IMG/VR virus record: IMGVR_UViG_3300027796_000011
Span: 41,850-105,849 of that record
Length of the DNA: 64,000 nt
Source: a virus
Taxonomy: Duplodnaviria; Heunggongvirae; Uroviricota; Caudoviricetes
Direction: 5' to 3' (one strand)
Part shown: piece after piece, positions 27,704-38,137 of the stretch
Layout: the number at the start of each line of letters is the position of its first letter
How positions within the stretch are numbered: the stretch's first letter is position 1
Made by a program: the position numbers and the translations under genes
Notes under the pieces: model-generated
The model's database searches: none
What the model saw: the letters and a program-made list of their open reading frames with translations, nothing else
What the model was told of the DNA's origin: nothing

Positions 27704-28015
27704 TCAGGAAGGCGACCAACCGTGCAGACAAAAGACCCTGAGAAGCGGGTTAACCCGCTGCAAAGTGCTGCGAATGTCGTTCGTTTTACTGTACCCGGAA
27801 CCCCCCAGACGGAAATGAAAAGCCGGATATTGGCTATGCTTACTGTAAATCTGATCGGGCAGCATTTCCTTAGACTTTTTGCCAAGGTCCGAATCCGACG
27901 GCCAGAGGATATTCAACCCCTCACCCTCGTCCAGGTACACGGCAAAGCGCGTGTTAGAAAGTTGAAGGATGTAAGCCCGCTTTGCGTCCTGAATTTGTTC
28001 CGCTTGTGCCTTCAT
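27704..28015 (-). CDS. hypothetical protein
   Basis: conserved leader then MKAQAEQIQ. Confidence 0.4.
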   Translation of the reverse strand: MKAQAEQIQDAKRAYILQLSNTRFAVYLDEGEGLNILWPSDSDLGKKSKEMLPDQIYSKHSQYPAFHFRLGGSGYSKTNDIRSTLQRVNPLLRVFCLHGWSPS

Positions 28016-28042
28016 GTGTGTTCCCTCCCGATTTGTTGAAGT

Positions 28043-28071
28043 CAGTATGTTCTTTTTCTGGGAAAATGTCA
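28043..28071 (-). promoter_or_regulatory. representative copy of the conserved promoter and leader cassette
   Basis: minus strand reads TTGACATTTTCCCAGAAAAAGAACATACT then GACTTCAACAAATCGGGAGGGAACACAC ATG; -35 hexamers of similar copies lie near 22142, 22569, 23422, 23740, 24116, 24866, 26016, 26172, 27671, 28836, 29387, 30577, 31066, 31313, 33046, 34317, 35268, 38878, 47155, 49124, 50692, 61099 and 62363. Confidence 0.6.
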
Positions 28072-28092
28072 AGCGGTTTTTCACATTGACTT

Positions 28093-28128
28093 CAAAAAAA
28101 CGGGGGGCTTTTACACCCCCCGCACATG
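28093..28128 (-). terminator. rho-independent terminator
   Basis: GCGGGGGGTGTAAAAGCCCCCCG hairpin + T7 on the minus strand. Confidence 0.5.
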
Positions 28129-28130
28129 TC

Positions 28131-28784
28131 TTAAATGTGGCAGTCAACCAGGGCCACAAGCTCATGCCCCTTGATCTCCTCCCAAAGCACCCGGAATTGG
28201 TCTTCCCACTCGCAAGGGCGTTTCTCCTCAGACACGCAAGCCCACCAGCCCATTTTGCCGCGCTCGTACCACACGCCGTCTTTCAGCACGGCAAACGTGG
28301 TTTCAACATCCCCGGCCTGATCCTTCCGGCAAATGTCCTTGCCGTCAAACATACCGCGCCACCGCCCGCCGATCTCCCACCAATCCCATTTGGCGTCGGG
28401 ATTCTCCCAATAGCCGTAGCGGCCCTTCTCCAGGTCGCGCCCATCGTATCCATACCAACCTTTGGCAAACTCCTCCAAAGTTTCGTACTGGTCCAGGTGC
28501 GGCACCTTAACCCTCTCGCTGTCTGCCGGGTACTCCTGGCGGGAAGACAGGTCTTTCTTGAAACGATCATCCCACCGATAGAACATACGCCCATCTTTGA
28601 GACGCACTTTCTCCACAGAGCCTTGCTGATACTCCGCGATGACGGACTCTTCCTTGTCGTGGAACTCTAAAAGTTCCTTCGGGAAGTCATCCTCCCCGCT
28701 GTACTCCTCAAACGGAGCCAGGGCCTTGGCGATGGACTCTTTTGTGCCGTCCTCAGTGACAACCAATACCGTAAAGTGTGACAT
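28131..28784 (-). CDS. hypothetical Trp-rich protein (WDWWEIGGRW motif)
   Basis: conserved leader then MSHFTVLVV; 217 aa. Confidence 0.4.
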   Translation of the reverse strand: MSHFTVLVVTEDGTKESIAKALAPFEEYSGEDDFPKELLEFHDKEESVIAEYQQGSVEKVRLKDGRMFYRWDDRFKKDLSSRQEYPADSERVKVPHLDQYETLEEFAKGWYGYDGRDLEKGRYGYWENPDAKWDWWEIGGRWRGMFDGKDICRKDQAGDVETTFAVLKDGVWYERGKMGWWACVSEEKRPCEWEDQFRVLWEEIKGHELVALVDCHI

Positions 28785-29087
28785 GTGTGTTCCCTCCCGA
28801 TTTGTTGAAGTCAGTATGTTCTTTTTCTGGGAAAATGTCAAGCACTATTTTGAAGTTAGTGTGAGAATTTCTGTCAGGGTCGCATGGATGGAGAACAGAC
28901 GTTCTTCCAAGCCCTCCCGCTCCGGGGCGGGGAGGCAACCCACTACCGCCCGGATATCCGCCAAATGACTTCTCATCTGGCAAGCGGATGACATGAGGGC
29001 CGAAAGCGTCTGAGCGTCCATGTCATTTTCCCGCCTCAATTCCTTTCAGAATGAGCCACCCTACGCATATTGCCCATAACACGAGGA

Positions 29088-29330
29088 CTACCATGCGCGG
29101 GCCTCCCGGTCACTGTCCTGCGGCAAATCCACCCCCATCAAAACATGATGGGAAGGAACGTCATGGGACACCTTGTAGTGCCTGCCGTACACGGGCCAGA
29201 AGCCGTAGTCGTCACAAAACTCCCGGCAATACTCCGGCAGGGACGCCTGGATTTCCTCCAGGCTGTCATACTGCATCAAAGTGGACCAGCTACCATCCGC
29301 CCGCTTTTCCTGAAAGCTGTATTCGTACAT
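29088..29330 (-). CDS. hypothetical protein
   Basis: conserved leader then MYEYSFQEK. Confidence 0.35.
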   Translation of the reverse strand: MYEYSFQEKRADGSWSTLMQYDSLEEIQASLPEYCREFCDDYGFWPVYGRHYKVSHDVPSHHVLMGVDLPQDSDREARAW

Positions 29331-29388
29331 GGTTCTTTTCCTCCCGCTCATTTGTTAGGTGCATCCTACCCGGTTTTTCCAGGTTTTG

Positions 29389-29742
29389 TCAAGAGGTTTT
29401 ATCCCCTAAATTAGACAAAACTTCGCGCAGTTGGGCAAAAGCCACTTTGCACAGGTCAAAGTGCGTCCCTAGGGACGCAAATGCGTGTTCGATGTACCAC
29501 GTATCGGAGCAGTCCGCACAAACCACATGCAGCGTTTCATACAATTCCCGGCACTGTGCATACCATGCCGCTGCCGCAGCCACACGACGAAGGCGGGCGA
29601 TCTCCAGGGAGGCATCCCCGTTGGTATCAATAGCCCCCCGAAGCCACTCACGTAATTCATGAACTTCCGCATTTTTGACATCCAAAGCCGTCCGAAGAAA
29701 CTCAACCTCCTGACCACAGCCGCACGACTCGCACATTGACAT
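29389..29742 (-). CDS. hypothetical Cys-rich protein
   Basis: MSMCESCGCG...; 117 aa. Confidence 0.3.
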   Translation of the reverse strand: MSMCESCGCGQEVEFLRTALDVKNAEVHELREWLRGAIDTNGDASLEIARLRRVAAAAAWYAQCRELYETLHVVCADCSDTWYIEHAFASLGTHFDLCKVAFAQLREVLSNLGDKTS

Positions 29743-29761
29743 GGTAGCCCCCACTGGTCGG

Positions 29762-30247
29762 TTAGTTCTTGATTTTCGGGACGGCCTTCACCTTCGCATA
29801 CAGGTCAGTTTCTTCCGCAACCAGCCCGGACTTCGAGACGATGGCCTTCGACAGAAAAGCCTCTGTCGCAGTCAGGCCGACCTTTACCAATTTGAAAAAG
29901 TCCTGCTCCCGATCCCGTTCCTTGAGCCACTGAAAGAAGCGTAGCGGGTCAATGTCCCTGGACTTTTTGCCTTCCCACACCAGCATGGAGGCTTCACCCT
30001 CAAGGCTGGTCGTCTCCAGGTCTTCTGCCACCCCGGCCAACTCTTCCTTCAAAGCCTTTTCCTCTGCTTTCGCAGCGGCCAGGGATTCCTTGAAAGCCTT
30101 TTCCTTGAGGTCGATTTCAGTCATCAAAGTCGCCAGCCGGTCAACCTTTTCGGCCAATTCGTTGCGCTGTTTGGGGATGGTAACAGACAGCCCCTTGATA
30201 GCAGACACCGTAGACGATTCGCGGATAAGTCTCATTCCAGTTTCCAT
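29762..30247 (-). CDS. coiled-coil protein (possibly Gp157-like)
   Basis: 161 aa, central KEKAFKESLAAAKAEEKALKEELAG coiled coil. Confidence 0.3.
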   Translation of the reverse strand: METGMRLIRESSTVSAIKGLSVTIPKQRNELAEKVDRLATLMTEIDLKEKAFKESLAAAKAEEKALKEELAGVAEDLETTSLEGEASMLVWEGKKSRDIDPLRFFQWLKERDREQDFFKLVKVGLTATEAFLSKAIVSKSGLVAEETDLYAKVKAVPKIKN

Positions 30248-30273
30248 AGCTCCCTCGTGTTCTTGTCTACACG

Positions 30274-30525
30274 TTAGGCAATGATTTCAGACACCCATTC
30301 AGGAATCCAACCCCACACCCCATCATCCTCAAGAATATCAAAATAGTCATGCCGCACAACATACGATACAGTAACAACAGTTCCCAGATAAGCAAACATG
30401 TCAGGGACGATGCTGTCCACCCACATGGGGTTGCACAGGGCACCCGCAAAATCAATCCCTGTGGACGCACTTGCCAACTCTTCCAGCGTCTTCAGACGCA
30501 CTTTCATCCCAGGCTTAATTTCCAT
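30274..30525 (-). CDS. N-domain-only member of the HRDIRLIR family
   Basis: MEIKPGMKVRLKTLEEL, YLGTVVTVS, WGWIPEWV; lacks the C-terminal HRD motif. Confidence 0.45.
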   Translation of the reverse strand: MEIKPGMKVRLKTLEELASASTGIDFAGALCNPMWVDSIVPDMFAYLGTVVTVSYVVRHDYFDILEDDGVWGWIPEWVSEIIA

Positions 30526-30601
30526 CGCTCCTCCCGCTCAATTTGTTGAGTAGATTATGGACGTTTTTCCAGGTTTTGTCAAGAGGTTTTTCCCATTGAC
30601 T

Positions 30602-30817
30602 TCAAAAAATAATGTCAGGGTGTAAACGGTAGACCTGTTTCCCAAGAAACACCCGCACATCCTGCGGGCTGGCCTTGCCCAAGAATTGCGCCAGCTTTTG
30701 CCGGGATGCCTTCCCGCCCGGCCTGACTTGAAAGTACCGCTGCGGGAGGGTCTTAGCCTCACCCCGGATGGTTAATTCCTCGTCCGTTTCCATATTGATG
30801 AAATTGATATTGGTCAT
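30602..30817 (-). CDS. hypothetical protein
   Basis: 72 aa starting MTNINFINME. Confidence 0.3.
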   Translation of the reverse strand: MTNINFINMETDEELTIRGEAKTLPQRYFQVRPGGKASRQKLAQFLGKASPQDVRVFLGKQVYRLHPDIIF

Positions 30818-31442
30818 TTTAGTCGTCCCCTCCAAGCAAGTCTAGACGCTCTTCAAGCGTGCGAATATAGCACGCCAAGTCTTCCCTGTCCATTTCAAGT
30901 TCTTCTATCCGGGCTTCCAGCTTGGCTATTTCGGAGTCTTTGAGGTCAAGCTCTACAGCAACGTCTTCCCAAAGCACCCACTCCCCATGCTTGTCAGCCT
31001 TCATCGTGTATCTGTCCATATGCCCCCCGATTTGTTGAGTAGAGTATGTGCTTTTTCTGGGAAAATGTCAAGCACTATTTTTCCAGTAATTTACCGCGCA
31101 ATCCTCCAAGTTCGCTAGGTACTCACTGTGCCTGTCGGCTGCGGCGTCACTCCAACCATCCCGCCATGCCACACGGTCCACGCTATCAATAGTATAAGGG
31201 CTAGCAGACTCTTCCCGTCCCTCCAGAAAGGCACTGTACCCCAGGTCGTATGCTTCCATGTGGTCCCTCCCGCTCATTTGTTAGGTGCATCCTACCCGAA
31301 AAATCTAGGGTTTGTCAAGAGGTTTTTTGAAGTCAATGGGAAAAAGCGGGGCGGGTGGGAAAACAGCCGAAGCCCCCAAAGCATCCTATAAGACACTATG
31401 AGGGCTTCTGGCTCAACTACCCGGCTATCTACCCGGCTTACT

Positions 31443-31558
31443 TCATGGGTCACTTAGGGGGTCACTTAGGGGGTCACTTGATGGGTCTACGTTGTAAGTC
31501 GTCGGTCCCCTACGTTGAACCTTGCCGTTCCCTACGTTGCAACCCGCCGTTCCCTCGA
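31443..31558. repeat. intergenic repeat cluster: 3x GGTCACTTAGGG followed by 3x CTACGTTGnAAnnnGnCGnTCCC
   Basis: read directly; same repeat family as 20573-20652. Confidence 0.8.
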
Positions 31559-32431
31559 CTACTTTGTTATGTCTCCCAGGCTCACCATCGGAGTAACATC
31601 CCCAGAGATTTTGGGGAGGATACCATCCCACTTCTCAACAGTCTTGTAGCGCACCAGTTCGGGAGTGAGAGACTTCGCCAGAATGAGGTTAGCCTCTGCC
31701 TGTGCCTTCGCCTTCAACGTGATGCTTTCGGCCTCTCCACGGGCCTTCTCAACACTCTTAGCTGCCTCCGCAGCAGCCTCCCGGCGTTCATTCTCACGCT
31801 GTTCAGCACGCTGCGTAGCCTCAATCTTAGCGTTGATACTGGCAATAACTTTTTCGGGGAGCCGGAAGTCCCCCACAAGATAAATGCGGTCAATCAGGAT
31901 GCCAATCGGGAGACATTGCTCACGAACCATATTCTCAACATCAGCCATCAATTTGGCCTTACCTTGCCCATACACATTAGCCACGGGCTGTGTTGACGAC
32001 AACGCCACCAAAGCATCCCGCACCATGTTACGGAGGTAGATGTCCGTGATCTCGTTCACACCCTTACGGTACTTCTGGAACAAGATATCAACCATTTCAG
32101 GCTTCACAGAAAAAGAGATTCCAAAATCACCGTTGACAGACAGCCCCTCGGATGTCTGAAAAGTGATGGATTCATCTTCAGGGCTTCCTTCCCGCTTATC
32201 AGCAGTCCAGACATAGTTCTGCGTAAAAACAGGGAACAAAAACAGATCGGTGTTCCACCCCAAGAAGTAGTATCCCGTGCCAACCTCTTCAGCGTCCACA
32301 CCCTTGTCACCACCAAGCAGATAGACCTTGACACCCTTGTAGCCAGCAGGGACTTTGGCGCAACCAAAACAACCCCCCGTGAAGGGCACCGACAGTAGCA
32401 GCAGAACAACCAGCAAGCGACTAATTTTCAC
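31559..32431 (-). CDS. SPFH/band-7 (stomatin/HflKC-like) lipoprotein
   Basis: signal peptide with lipobox FTGGC; SPFH domain; C-terminal A/E/K-rich coiled coil typical of band-7 proteins. Confidence 0.65.
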   Translation of the reverse strand: MKISRLLVVLLLLSVPFTGGCFGCAKVPAGYKGVKVYLLGGDKGVDAEEVGTGYYFLGWNTDLFLFPVFTQNYVWTADKREGSPEDESITFQTSEGLSVNGDFGISFSVKPEMVDILFQKYRKGVNEITDIYLRNMVRDALVALSSTQPVANVYGQGKAKLMADVENMVREQCLPIGILIDRIYLVGDFRLPEKVIASINAKIEATQRAEQRENERREAAAEAAKSVEKARGEAESITLKAKAQAEANLILAKSLTPELVRYKTVEKWDGILPKISGDVTPMVSLGDITK

Positions 32432-32440
32432 AAAGCCTCC

Positions 32441-32662
32441 CTACTTGTTAAAGTGTTTGTCCACAAGAGGCTTCCCTATCTTGCACTCCCACTTGTAGAT
32501 CAGATATACAATGACGGGCATCACTCCAGTGATGTACGCCCACCCGCCAAACACCGCGAAAGTGCTTTTGTAGGAGAACAAGAACGGAACAACAATCCCT
32601 ACAGAAAACCCTATAAAAGTCACTAAAAACACAAGACCCCAGAAACACAGCAGATACCGCAT
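32441..32662 (-). CDS. small two-TM membrane protein, partner of the SPFH protein
   Basis: GGAGG RBS; hydrophobic LLCFWGLVFLVTFIGFSVGIVVPFLF and FGGWAYITGVMPVIVYLI. Confidence 0.45.
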   Translation of the reverse strand: MRYLLCFWGLVFLVTFIGFSVGIVVPFLFSYKSTFAVFGGWAYITGVMPVIVYLIYKWECKIGKPLVDKHFNK

Positions 32663-32768
32663 ACTACACGCCTCCATTACCGAGGGGGTTATCCCAGAGG
32701 AACTCTCTAGAACATACCCCCCTATCAAGAGTTGAAGTTGATTTCAAAAATCTGGGTGAATACCCCCC

Positions 32769-32987
32769 CTAGTGACAAATACTATAACCCCGGCCAATCA
32801 TGCACTGCTGGCACAAATCCATCTGCGTGAACATGTTCCCCAAGGCACCCTGACCCGCTTGGGCCATACAAAAACTGTAATCCGCATTGAACTGCTGCGT
32901 GTTAAGTCCGGGCTTGCACCACTTACCAGCACAACCAGCCATCCCCAAAACAAGAACCAACAAAGTCACACAACCAAAACGCTTCAT
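32769..32987 (-). CDS. small Cys-rich secreted lipoprotein
   Basis: signal peptide MKRFGCVTLLVLVLGMAGC (lipobox LGMAGC). Confidence 0.45.
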   Translation of the reverse strand: MKRFGCVTLLVLVLGMAGCAGKWCKPGLNTQQFNADYSFCMAQAGQGALGNMFTQMDLCQQCMIGRGYSICH

Positions 32988-33522
32988 TCTCTTGTCCTCC
33001 CTAACCTTGATTTGTTAGGGACAGTATGCACACTTTTCTAGGATTTGTCAAGAGGTTTTTCAAGAGATTCAAGTTCCTCAAATAACTCAAAAAGTGCGTT
33101 CCACATCAGATCAGTATGCAAGGCACTAGCACGTTCGTAGGGGTCGGCGTGCATAGTCAGCAGTTCATCCTGCCCATCGAACGTATTCCTGATGTCGCAG
33201 ATGCCCTGATACATGGTATGCCAGACATTCTGGCAGAACTCCGAATAGTCGTAGTTCTTCTTGGCTCTCAAAGCCAGAGAAAGAATCCTTGACAATCGCT
33301 CATAGTTAAAGACAAGAGCCACTAGGCGTCCCCCCCGCTCACTTCCACAGTCTCTCTGTAAAGGGCTTTCAGATTGTCACGAAGATGCACCGACCTTCCC
33401 ACCACATCGGCCAAGATGTTCAGGGTCTTTAGCACGTTGCCCTTGTTGAAGTAATAATGTGCAGCATTGGCGTCCTTAATCAAAGACTGAAACTCTTTCG
33501 TAACCGTTTCCACAATGACCTC

Positions 33523-34260
33523 CTAGATTGTGACCCACCAGCCCGTTCTGCCGGGGATGGAAAGGCCGATATACGTTGTATCCTTAATGGTCCTCTTAAC
33601 ATACCTGTGCCAGTGCCCAAAAAGACTCAAAGCGGGCCGGTACTCCTCAATAAGAGACTGCAAAGCCTTTGTAGATGGATCGTTCCTATCCTTCTGTCGC
33701 ATCTCCATCATGGTATCCACCATGCACTCCGGGCAAGTATGACTGATAAGTATGTCATACGTCTGATGCTTTACTGCATCTAAGTCCTCTTGAGAAATGA
33801 TCTCCTCCTTCGAGAACCAATCCCACCCATCAACACGCTGACGGAAATCAACAGAACTAGCTCCCCCCATAAAAAGGGCGCGACGGCCATCAGGAAGTTC
33901 ATAGTAGCTCCCACGGGGCATGTAATAGATGTTTTCTGCTACCTCTATGGGAACCCTCCCCCCCGCCTTATCCACCAGTTCTCTAAGCATGTGATGTTGG
34001 CAATGATTGCCGTCACAGAACAGAATCTTGGTCTTTTGAGGTTTGATAGCATGGAGATACGTCAGTACATCTCCCCGCTCCAACACCCCACTATTCTTCT
34101 CGAAGTTAGTACGGAGTACCCTCCCCCCGTCCCTGGAACCCTGCACCAGAGGCCAGTATCCCATATCCCCACACACAATGCAGATTTCGGGCTGCTTCTT
34201 GGCGAGGATGCTGTTTAACTCCCCGAACTCCCCATGCTGATCCCCACACACCAGTATCAT
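33523..34260 (-). CDS. calcineurin-like metallophosphoesterase
   Basis: ILVCGDQHGE (GDxHG), CIVCGDMGYW (GDxxD), CDGNHCQHH (GNHE-like), GHWH. Confidence 0.65.
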   Translation of the reverse strand: MILVCGDQHGEFGELNSILAKKQPEICIVCGDMGYWPLVQGSRDGGRVLRTNFEKNSGVLERGDVLTYLHAIKPQKTKILFCDGNHCQHHMLRELVDKAGGRVPIEVAENIYYMPRGSYYELPDGRRALFMGGASSVDFRQRVDGWDWFSKEEIISQEDLDAVKHQTYDILISHTCPECMVDTMMEMRQKDRNDPSTKALQSLIEEYRPALSLFGHWHRYVKRTIKDTTYIGLSIPGRTGWWVTI

Positions 34261-34927
34261 CTGGAATCCTCCCCGCTCGATTTGTTACAAACATCTTACC
34301 CAATTTTTCTAGGCATTGTCAAGAGGAATTTCGCAGTCAACTTCAAAATTTTCGGGGTCGGTTAACTCTTCCCGCAGAAGTTCTCTCACTTTAGTCCTTT
34401 CTGCCTGATGGTACATCTGCCGATCCTTCCCGCTCTTGGGGCCGCAACACCGGCACTTCCATCTGTACCAACTCATGGCGTCCAGCCCCAAACGCTTATC
34501 AACCTTATCCGTCTTCGCAGACGACTGCATACTGCCCCCCCCTAGTTAGTCAGGAAGAGGGAGGCAAACTCCTCCCAGAACTCATCCTCTTCCAGTTCGT
34601 ACCTACGTTGCTTCTTGCCGTTCCCATGTACCTTCGTCAGATACCTGGAGTCCTTGGGCATTGCATCCCGCCGTGCTTCTCTGTAAGCCCTGCGGGTTGC
34701 CTCCCCCACATCAATCTTCTGGCACTTCATATCGCTCCCCCTCCAACTCGTTACGGTATCTCTCAATACACCCATCTAGAGTGGTATCCCCATGCTTCTT
34801 CCAATACTCATACAAAAGCAAGTTCAACTCTTTTGACATCTTCTCAACTGCGTCAGGAAAAGTTGCACGGCTTCGGATACGCATTACAAGCCTCAAACAC
34901 TTATGCAAAAACAAGTCAACATCTGGA

Positions 34928-35212
34928 TCAATCATCGTCGTTATCCTCATCGTTGCTGTAGTCGCGGGAGGGACGCACCTTCCCCTGGTAAGAACCGTTT
35001 CCAGAATAAATGTTGGTGTCTCCATTGCTGGTCTTAGACATCCTTCCCAGATACTTGCCATCCGTAGACCACACCGTGGAGGTGGTTCCGTGGTCCTTAA
35101 CAACCGCCTTGTAATTTCCGCTGTTGTCGTAGATACGATACGTCTTTGTCTCCGCACCCGCAAAAGCGGGCAGGGTCACACACAAGGTCATTAACAAAAA
35201 AAGTGTCTTCAT
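34928..35212 (-). CDS. secreted small protein
   Basis: signal peptide MKTLFLLMTLCVTLPAFAGA after the conserved leader and promoter. Confidence 0.45.
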   Translation of the reverse strand: MKTLFLLMTLCVTLPAFAGAETKTYRIYDNSGNYKAVVKDHGTTSTVWSTDGKYLGRMSKTSNGDTNIYSGNGSYQGKVRPSRDYSNDEDNDDD

Positions 35213-35372
35213 CTCAAGCTCCTTTCGGCAGTTGGTATGAAGACACTATAGGTACTTATCTAGGTTTTGTCAAGACTTATTTTTTAGAAATTGCCTGTAC
35301 TCCCACTCCTCCATCAAAAGCCCATACGCAGCCACCACAAAAGACACCAGCAACAAAGGCCATGCAACATAG

Positions 35373-35717
35373 TTATACATCACAACCTCCGTCCAGGTCG
35401 GCCAGGGCACGATATAGGGCGTCAAACTGCTTCCGGCCCGTGCTGACCGACAGCATCCGCGCTGCTTGGGCCACATTGCGGAGCTTGGCGATTTCGGCCC
35501 GTGCTTTGGCATCGACTGACCCGACTTCGTTGAGCGTCGCCGTCAGCTCTTCAATGACGGAATCTTTTGCGAGAATGCCCCTGTTAAGCCGCGCAATCTC
35601 CTCGTCCTTGGCGGCGATTTCGGCGGCGTGGTCGGTGAAGATGGAAATAAAGTCCACGCAATTCTCAAGAGGGTGCCCGTGGTCATCAGTAAAGTGATAT
35701 CTCTTAATCCTGTCCAT
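35373..35717 (-). CDS. hypothetical coiled-coil protein
   Basis: AGAAGGGGGCAACG ATG; 114 aa. Confidence 0.35.
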   Translation of the reverse strand: MDRIKRYHFTDDHGHPLENCVDFISIFTDHAAEIAAKDEEIARLNRGILAKDSVIEELTATLNEVGSVDAKARAEIAKLRNVAQAARMLSVSTGRKQFDALYRALADLDGGCDV

Positions 35718-35969
35718 CGTTGCCCCCTTCTGGCTTTTCTGGCCCACCATGATTAGGACACGCAAGCCCAGGTATGTACCCGTTGTAGCGAAAGTCAGCG
35801 CGGAACACTTCGCCCGTGTATGGGTCTCTGTACTCCTTGCACGGCGGGCGACGGCCGTATGCCGGTTTGTCGCAAAACCCAGCGGGGCAACCAGATGTCC
35901 ACGCCGGAACAGAGCATTTTCCGACGCCGTTGGTAAGTTCATGGTGGTGCTTTTGTGTTCTTGACATGC

Positions 35970-36155
35970 TCATTCCCACTCCTTTTTCATGGGCCGCACA
36001 GAGTAGGCGATGCCGTTTACAACGATGGCCCCGGCACCAACACAGCGAATCAAGGATTTTTTGACGTTTACATTACCAAACGATATGCCCAGAATAAATC
36101 CCACAAGCAGCGCCACGAGAGTCCAGCCGTTCATGACTCTACCCCTTTCGGCCAC
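35970..36155 (-). CDS. small single-TM membrane protein (paralog pair, holin-like)
   Basis: MNGWTLVALLVGFILGI. Confidence 0.35.
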   Translation of the reverse strand: MAERGRVMNGWTLVALLVGFILGISFGNVNVKKSLIRCVGAGAIVVNGIAYSVRPMKKEWE

Positions 36156-36343
36156 ACGCTGTAGGTGAGGCCGCCATGGGCCATCTTGTTGCGAATCCTT
36201 GCGAGTTCTGCCTCTATTTCTCCCAGTTCTGCCAACGCGGCCTTGATGTTGTTGCTCTTCACTGGACCAGTATTCACAGTCGTCCTAGCCAAAACACCCG
36301 GGACGAAGCCCACAAGCAGTGCCACGAGAGTCCATCCACTCAT
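36131..36343 (-). CDS. small single-TM membrane protein (paralog of 35970..36155)
   Basis: MSGWTLVALLVGFVPGV. Confidence 0.35.
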   Translation of the reverse strand: MSGWTLVALLVGFVPGVLARTTVNTGPVKSNNIKAALAELGEIEAELARIRNKMAHGGLTYSVWPKGVES

Positions 36344-38137
36344 CCCTCCACCCTCCCCTTGACTTCCTTGGTCTGCCTGTAGTCTTCAATGCGCGACACC
36401 ATGAGGTACACCAACCCAAACGCCCTCTCTTCTGCGTACGCCTTTGCTTCCTCAAGCTCCTGGAAGCGGCCCGTGAGGGTGCTGTTACCGGCTTTAACCT
36501 GATACCCCCCGTTCGCCCACTCGATGTACACGTTGAAAGCAAGGCCGACAAGTCGAGAGCACCCGTATTGATGTTCAGTCCACTGCAACTTAGACATTCT
36601 CAATCCTCCCCTTGACTTCCTGCGCCACCGGGATGGGCAGGGCGGCGCGCGTACGAATGGCCTTCATTATCTCTTTTATGGTGGTCCATGGCACAAAGAC
36701 TTTGCGCAGATAGGTGTACGGCTCCCCTTCAGCATCCTCTGCGGCCGTTTCCTCTATAAAATAAAACTCCCCCATGTAGGCGGCCTTCGTTTCTGCTGAC
36801 GGTGTAATCGCCTCCCGCAGCCTCTCCACGCTATTCACCGCCTCGACGCAACGGTCGGCGTCCTCCTCGCGCTGGAAGAAAGCGACATCTTTGCCATCTT
36901 CATCCACGACATTATGACGGCAGTCTTCCTCAACATACCAATCAGACATCTTCCACCCCCTCCACCTCATTTTCCATGTCATAGTTGAGTGCTTCTATTT
37001 TCCTGCAAATGAGATTGATTTGGCGTTTGATATCTTGTTTCTTTTGTATACACTGAACCAACATCACCGCTAGCTCCCGCATCTGGTCGCCTTTAGCCTT
37101 CATCTTCCACCTCGATTTCCCATGTGATTTCAATCGCCTCACCAATCCGGCCACAGCCCTTCAAAGAGTCAGCATATTCTCGTGATGGGAAAACTGTTCC
37201 ACCAGGAAACGCCATTGATGTCCTGTGGATTGATGGAGCCGGTGGGTAGATGTTGATGTACCCTGTTTTCTTCTCCACCCGCATCCGCTTCGGCGGTTCT
37301 GCGGGGGTGATACAAACACCGGGCCAGTAGAGGTCGGGGGTTAAGTCCTCAGAGTGGAATCTCCCGTTGATGGCCCAAGAGTATGCCTGTTGATCTTTGA
37401 ACGGGGCGACACAGCACCTAAGGCAGGTGTCGTAAATTTCTTTGACCACAACCTTGCCAAACCGCAGGCTCACCAATTCATCCCCCACGCGCACCTTGGA
37501 CAAATCGCTTTTGACTTCCATCACATCCTCCTTATCATTTTCCCGTTACCGGGAATATGGTCACGCTTGGGGCCAGGACCGTTCCAGCCTCCACACACCG
37601 TGGGCCGGAGATTTAGTATGCGGCTACCGTATGCTATCGGACGGCCTGCCGTGGTGTGCTTGCACCCTCTCGGTAGTCCTGGCCCCAAGCGCGGCCCGGA
37701 TGGTTCCGGGCCTGATGCTACGCCATAGCCTTAATGCGCTGCTCTTCCTGCTCACACAGCACGTCATAGGAAGCATCTTCGACTTCAGGATACAGGGAGT
37801 AATCATATCCATCCCAATTATCCACCCCACCCCCCTCCAGCATCATTAGCTTGATCTCGCACTTACGCAACTTAAAGTACCTGTCCTTGCTAATAGTCAC
37901 TTCCCCTTCCATGTTAACCCTCCCGCTGACTGCGTTTGACGTTCCAAGGAGTTTGCTGCCGCATCTTGGACAGTGCCCTAGTCAAGTCCAGGCTGGCCCG
38001 CTTCAAAGCTCCTCCCTCTTTGGAGGCATACGGACTATCATTCACACCATGCACGGCAAGATACTCCATGTACTTAGTCAAAAAACGCTTTGCCTCTTCC
38101 GCAGCTTCAACAATATTCTTATACAGCACGGGGCCTC

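Noticed and set aside
31443-31558. CRISPR array
   Set aside because: Only three copies of each short repeat. No spacer-like unique segments of regular length. No cas genes in the window.
31355-31996. 213-aa plus-strand ORF, and the 31443..31631 minus-strand ORF
   Set aside because: They span the GGTCACTTAGGG/CTACGTTG repeat cluster and the antisense of the SPFH gene. The repeat translation (HLGGHLGGHL) is an artefact.
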